Source of the DNA: Camelus ferus
Lineage: Eukaryota
DNA: 64,000 nucleotides
Reading direction: 5' to 3'
Assembly (NCBI RefSeq): GCF_009834535.1
Contig: NC_045696.1
Coordinates: forward strand, 30,320,001-30,384,000
The translations under genes were made by a program, and so were the position numbers. Under the pieces are notes generated by a model that saw only the letters and a program-made list of their open reading frames with translations, searched no databases and was not told the origin of the DNA. Shown here in pieces: positions 62,601-64,000 of the stretch; positions within the stretch are counted from its first letter, which is position 1; the number at the start of each line of letters is the position of its first letter.

Positions 62601-64000
62601 AATACTCCTGCCTCATTGGACAAATGAACTGGGGCTTAGGTTAAACCAATTCTTCAATTTCATCTAACTGGTAAAGGATACACTAGAACTTGTAATGAAA
62701 ACACATAGTATTTTAAAGCTCTGTGTGTTGCTCATTTTAATTTCACACTTTGCAGAAATGAAATGACAAGGTAAAACAGCTATAAATTTTCAGGATATGA
62801 GAAGAGTAAAAATTTGTGTAATTTTGCCAATAAAAGTATATGTGTACTTAGGACCACAAATATCTTGGCCCAGTTAACCCATTATCATTTTTACTACAAC
62901 TAATCTAATATCTCTTGAATTTTTAGTAAAATTGGATAAATCCTTCAATCTGAGTGGCTGTATCTTTAATTAAAAAAAAAAAATTGTACCTCCAATGCCT
63001 TACACAGTGCCAGACACAGAGTATTATTCAAAAATAATATATCTCATCTCTCTTAAAAAAAATAAGCTCCTTGAAGACATTTGTATCTGACTTAATCATT
63101 TTTACATGAATGAATGAAAAATTAAATGAAAAAGTTTTCTTAGTACTTACTTTTATAATCTGCTCTGAAATTATTAAAACGTATAAGTAAAACAATAAGC
63201 CTGAATGAGGTTTTCGATGATTCTATTACTTTATCAAGAATTTGTCATAAATTTGAAAGTTTGGAGTAATTGCATCACTGTGTAACGTAAGGGAAAAAAA
63301 AAACTGAATAGAACTGTTTTTAATAAGATAGGTACTTTATTTTGTTCATCTAGTAAAGTGAAATCCCATATCATTTCTTCCTTCTACCTTTTAATATTTT
63401 TTGGTTTTAAAAATATTAACTTATGATAGTCACTATGTAGTTCTCATCAAATGTGATATTTTCTTTAAGTATTCTGAGGACATCATTATGAGCATATCAA
63501 ATTGTTTTCCCAGAAATCCACAAGTCAAATTCTGATTTCTAATTTAAATGCATTTTACTTAGCTTTGTAAAATATTTAACCTACACTAGACAGGAGATTT
63601 GCACCTATTATCATATCTTAAAGCATGTGTATTTTTAAATATAAAGCTAAAAATAATTTTATTCTTAAGCATAATAATCTGATCTTCAAAATCAATTATA
63701 TGTAAATGCTAATAGACATTTTAGAGATCATTTTATTATAATTAAAAAGTAAAGCAATACCAAATTATTATAAAATTGATGACAGAAGATTTTTAGTTTT
63801 ATACAGAAGAGTTGCACCGCATTGTTTGTCAGTCAGTTTTAGTCACTGTCAAATGTAAAACAGGCTTTCATTTTATTCAAAGTCTACAATTTCAATACTG
63901 GCAAATAAAATTTATTCTTTTATTTTTTTGGCATGTGAATCTCATAGGTTATTTTGTGTCTTCTTTCTGTATAAATCTAAATGTACCAAAGTTTCATTCC

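Noticed and set aside
1..64000. Host gene identity, or a novel multi-gene system
   Set aside because: No coding exon could be recognised and nothing resembles an operon, array or intact enzyme gene; naming one would be unsupported.

Overview
AT-rich mammalian non-coding DNA (large intron or gene desert), most likely camelid: it carries a Vic-1-type tRNA-derived SINE and L1 3' ends of the kind typical of camelid genomes. I see no intact protein-coding gene, RNA gene, CpG island or CRISPR array. Every recognisable ORF in the track is a transposable-element relic. A large part of the window is interspersed repeat: a degraded ~4.6-kb ERVL (LTR16-type) provirus with protease, RT and integrase motifs, L1 fragments of several ages, L2, L3/CR1, MIR, MaLR and ERV1 LTRs, and hAT and Tigger DNA elements, often nested. 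Several repeat-free blocks could hold regulatory elements or non-coding exons. I found no convincing new biological system. The best leads are modest: two ~210-bp L1-3'UTR copies sharing a 5' endpoint and diagnostic bases, a 39-bp templated duplication, a perfect 24-bp palindrome, and a splice-signal/CTCF-like cluster at 17.6-18.0 kb. Repeat family names come from remembered consensus sequences, not searches, and boundaries of old repeats are approximate.
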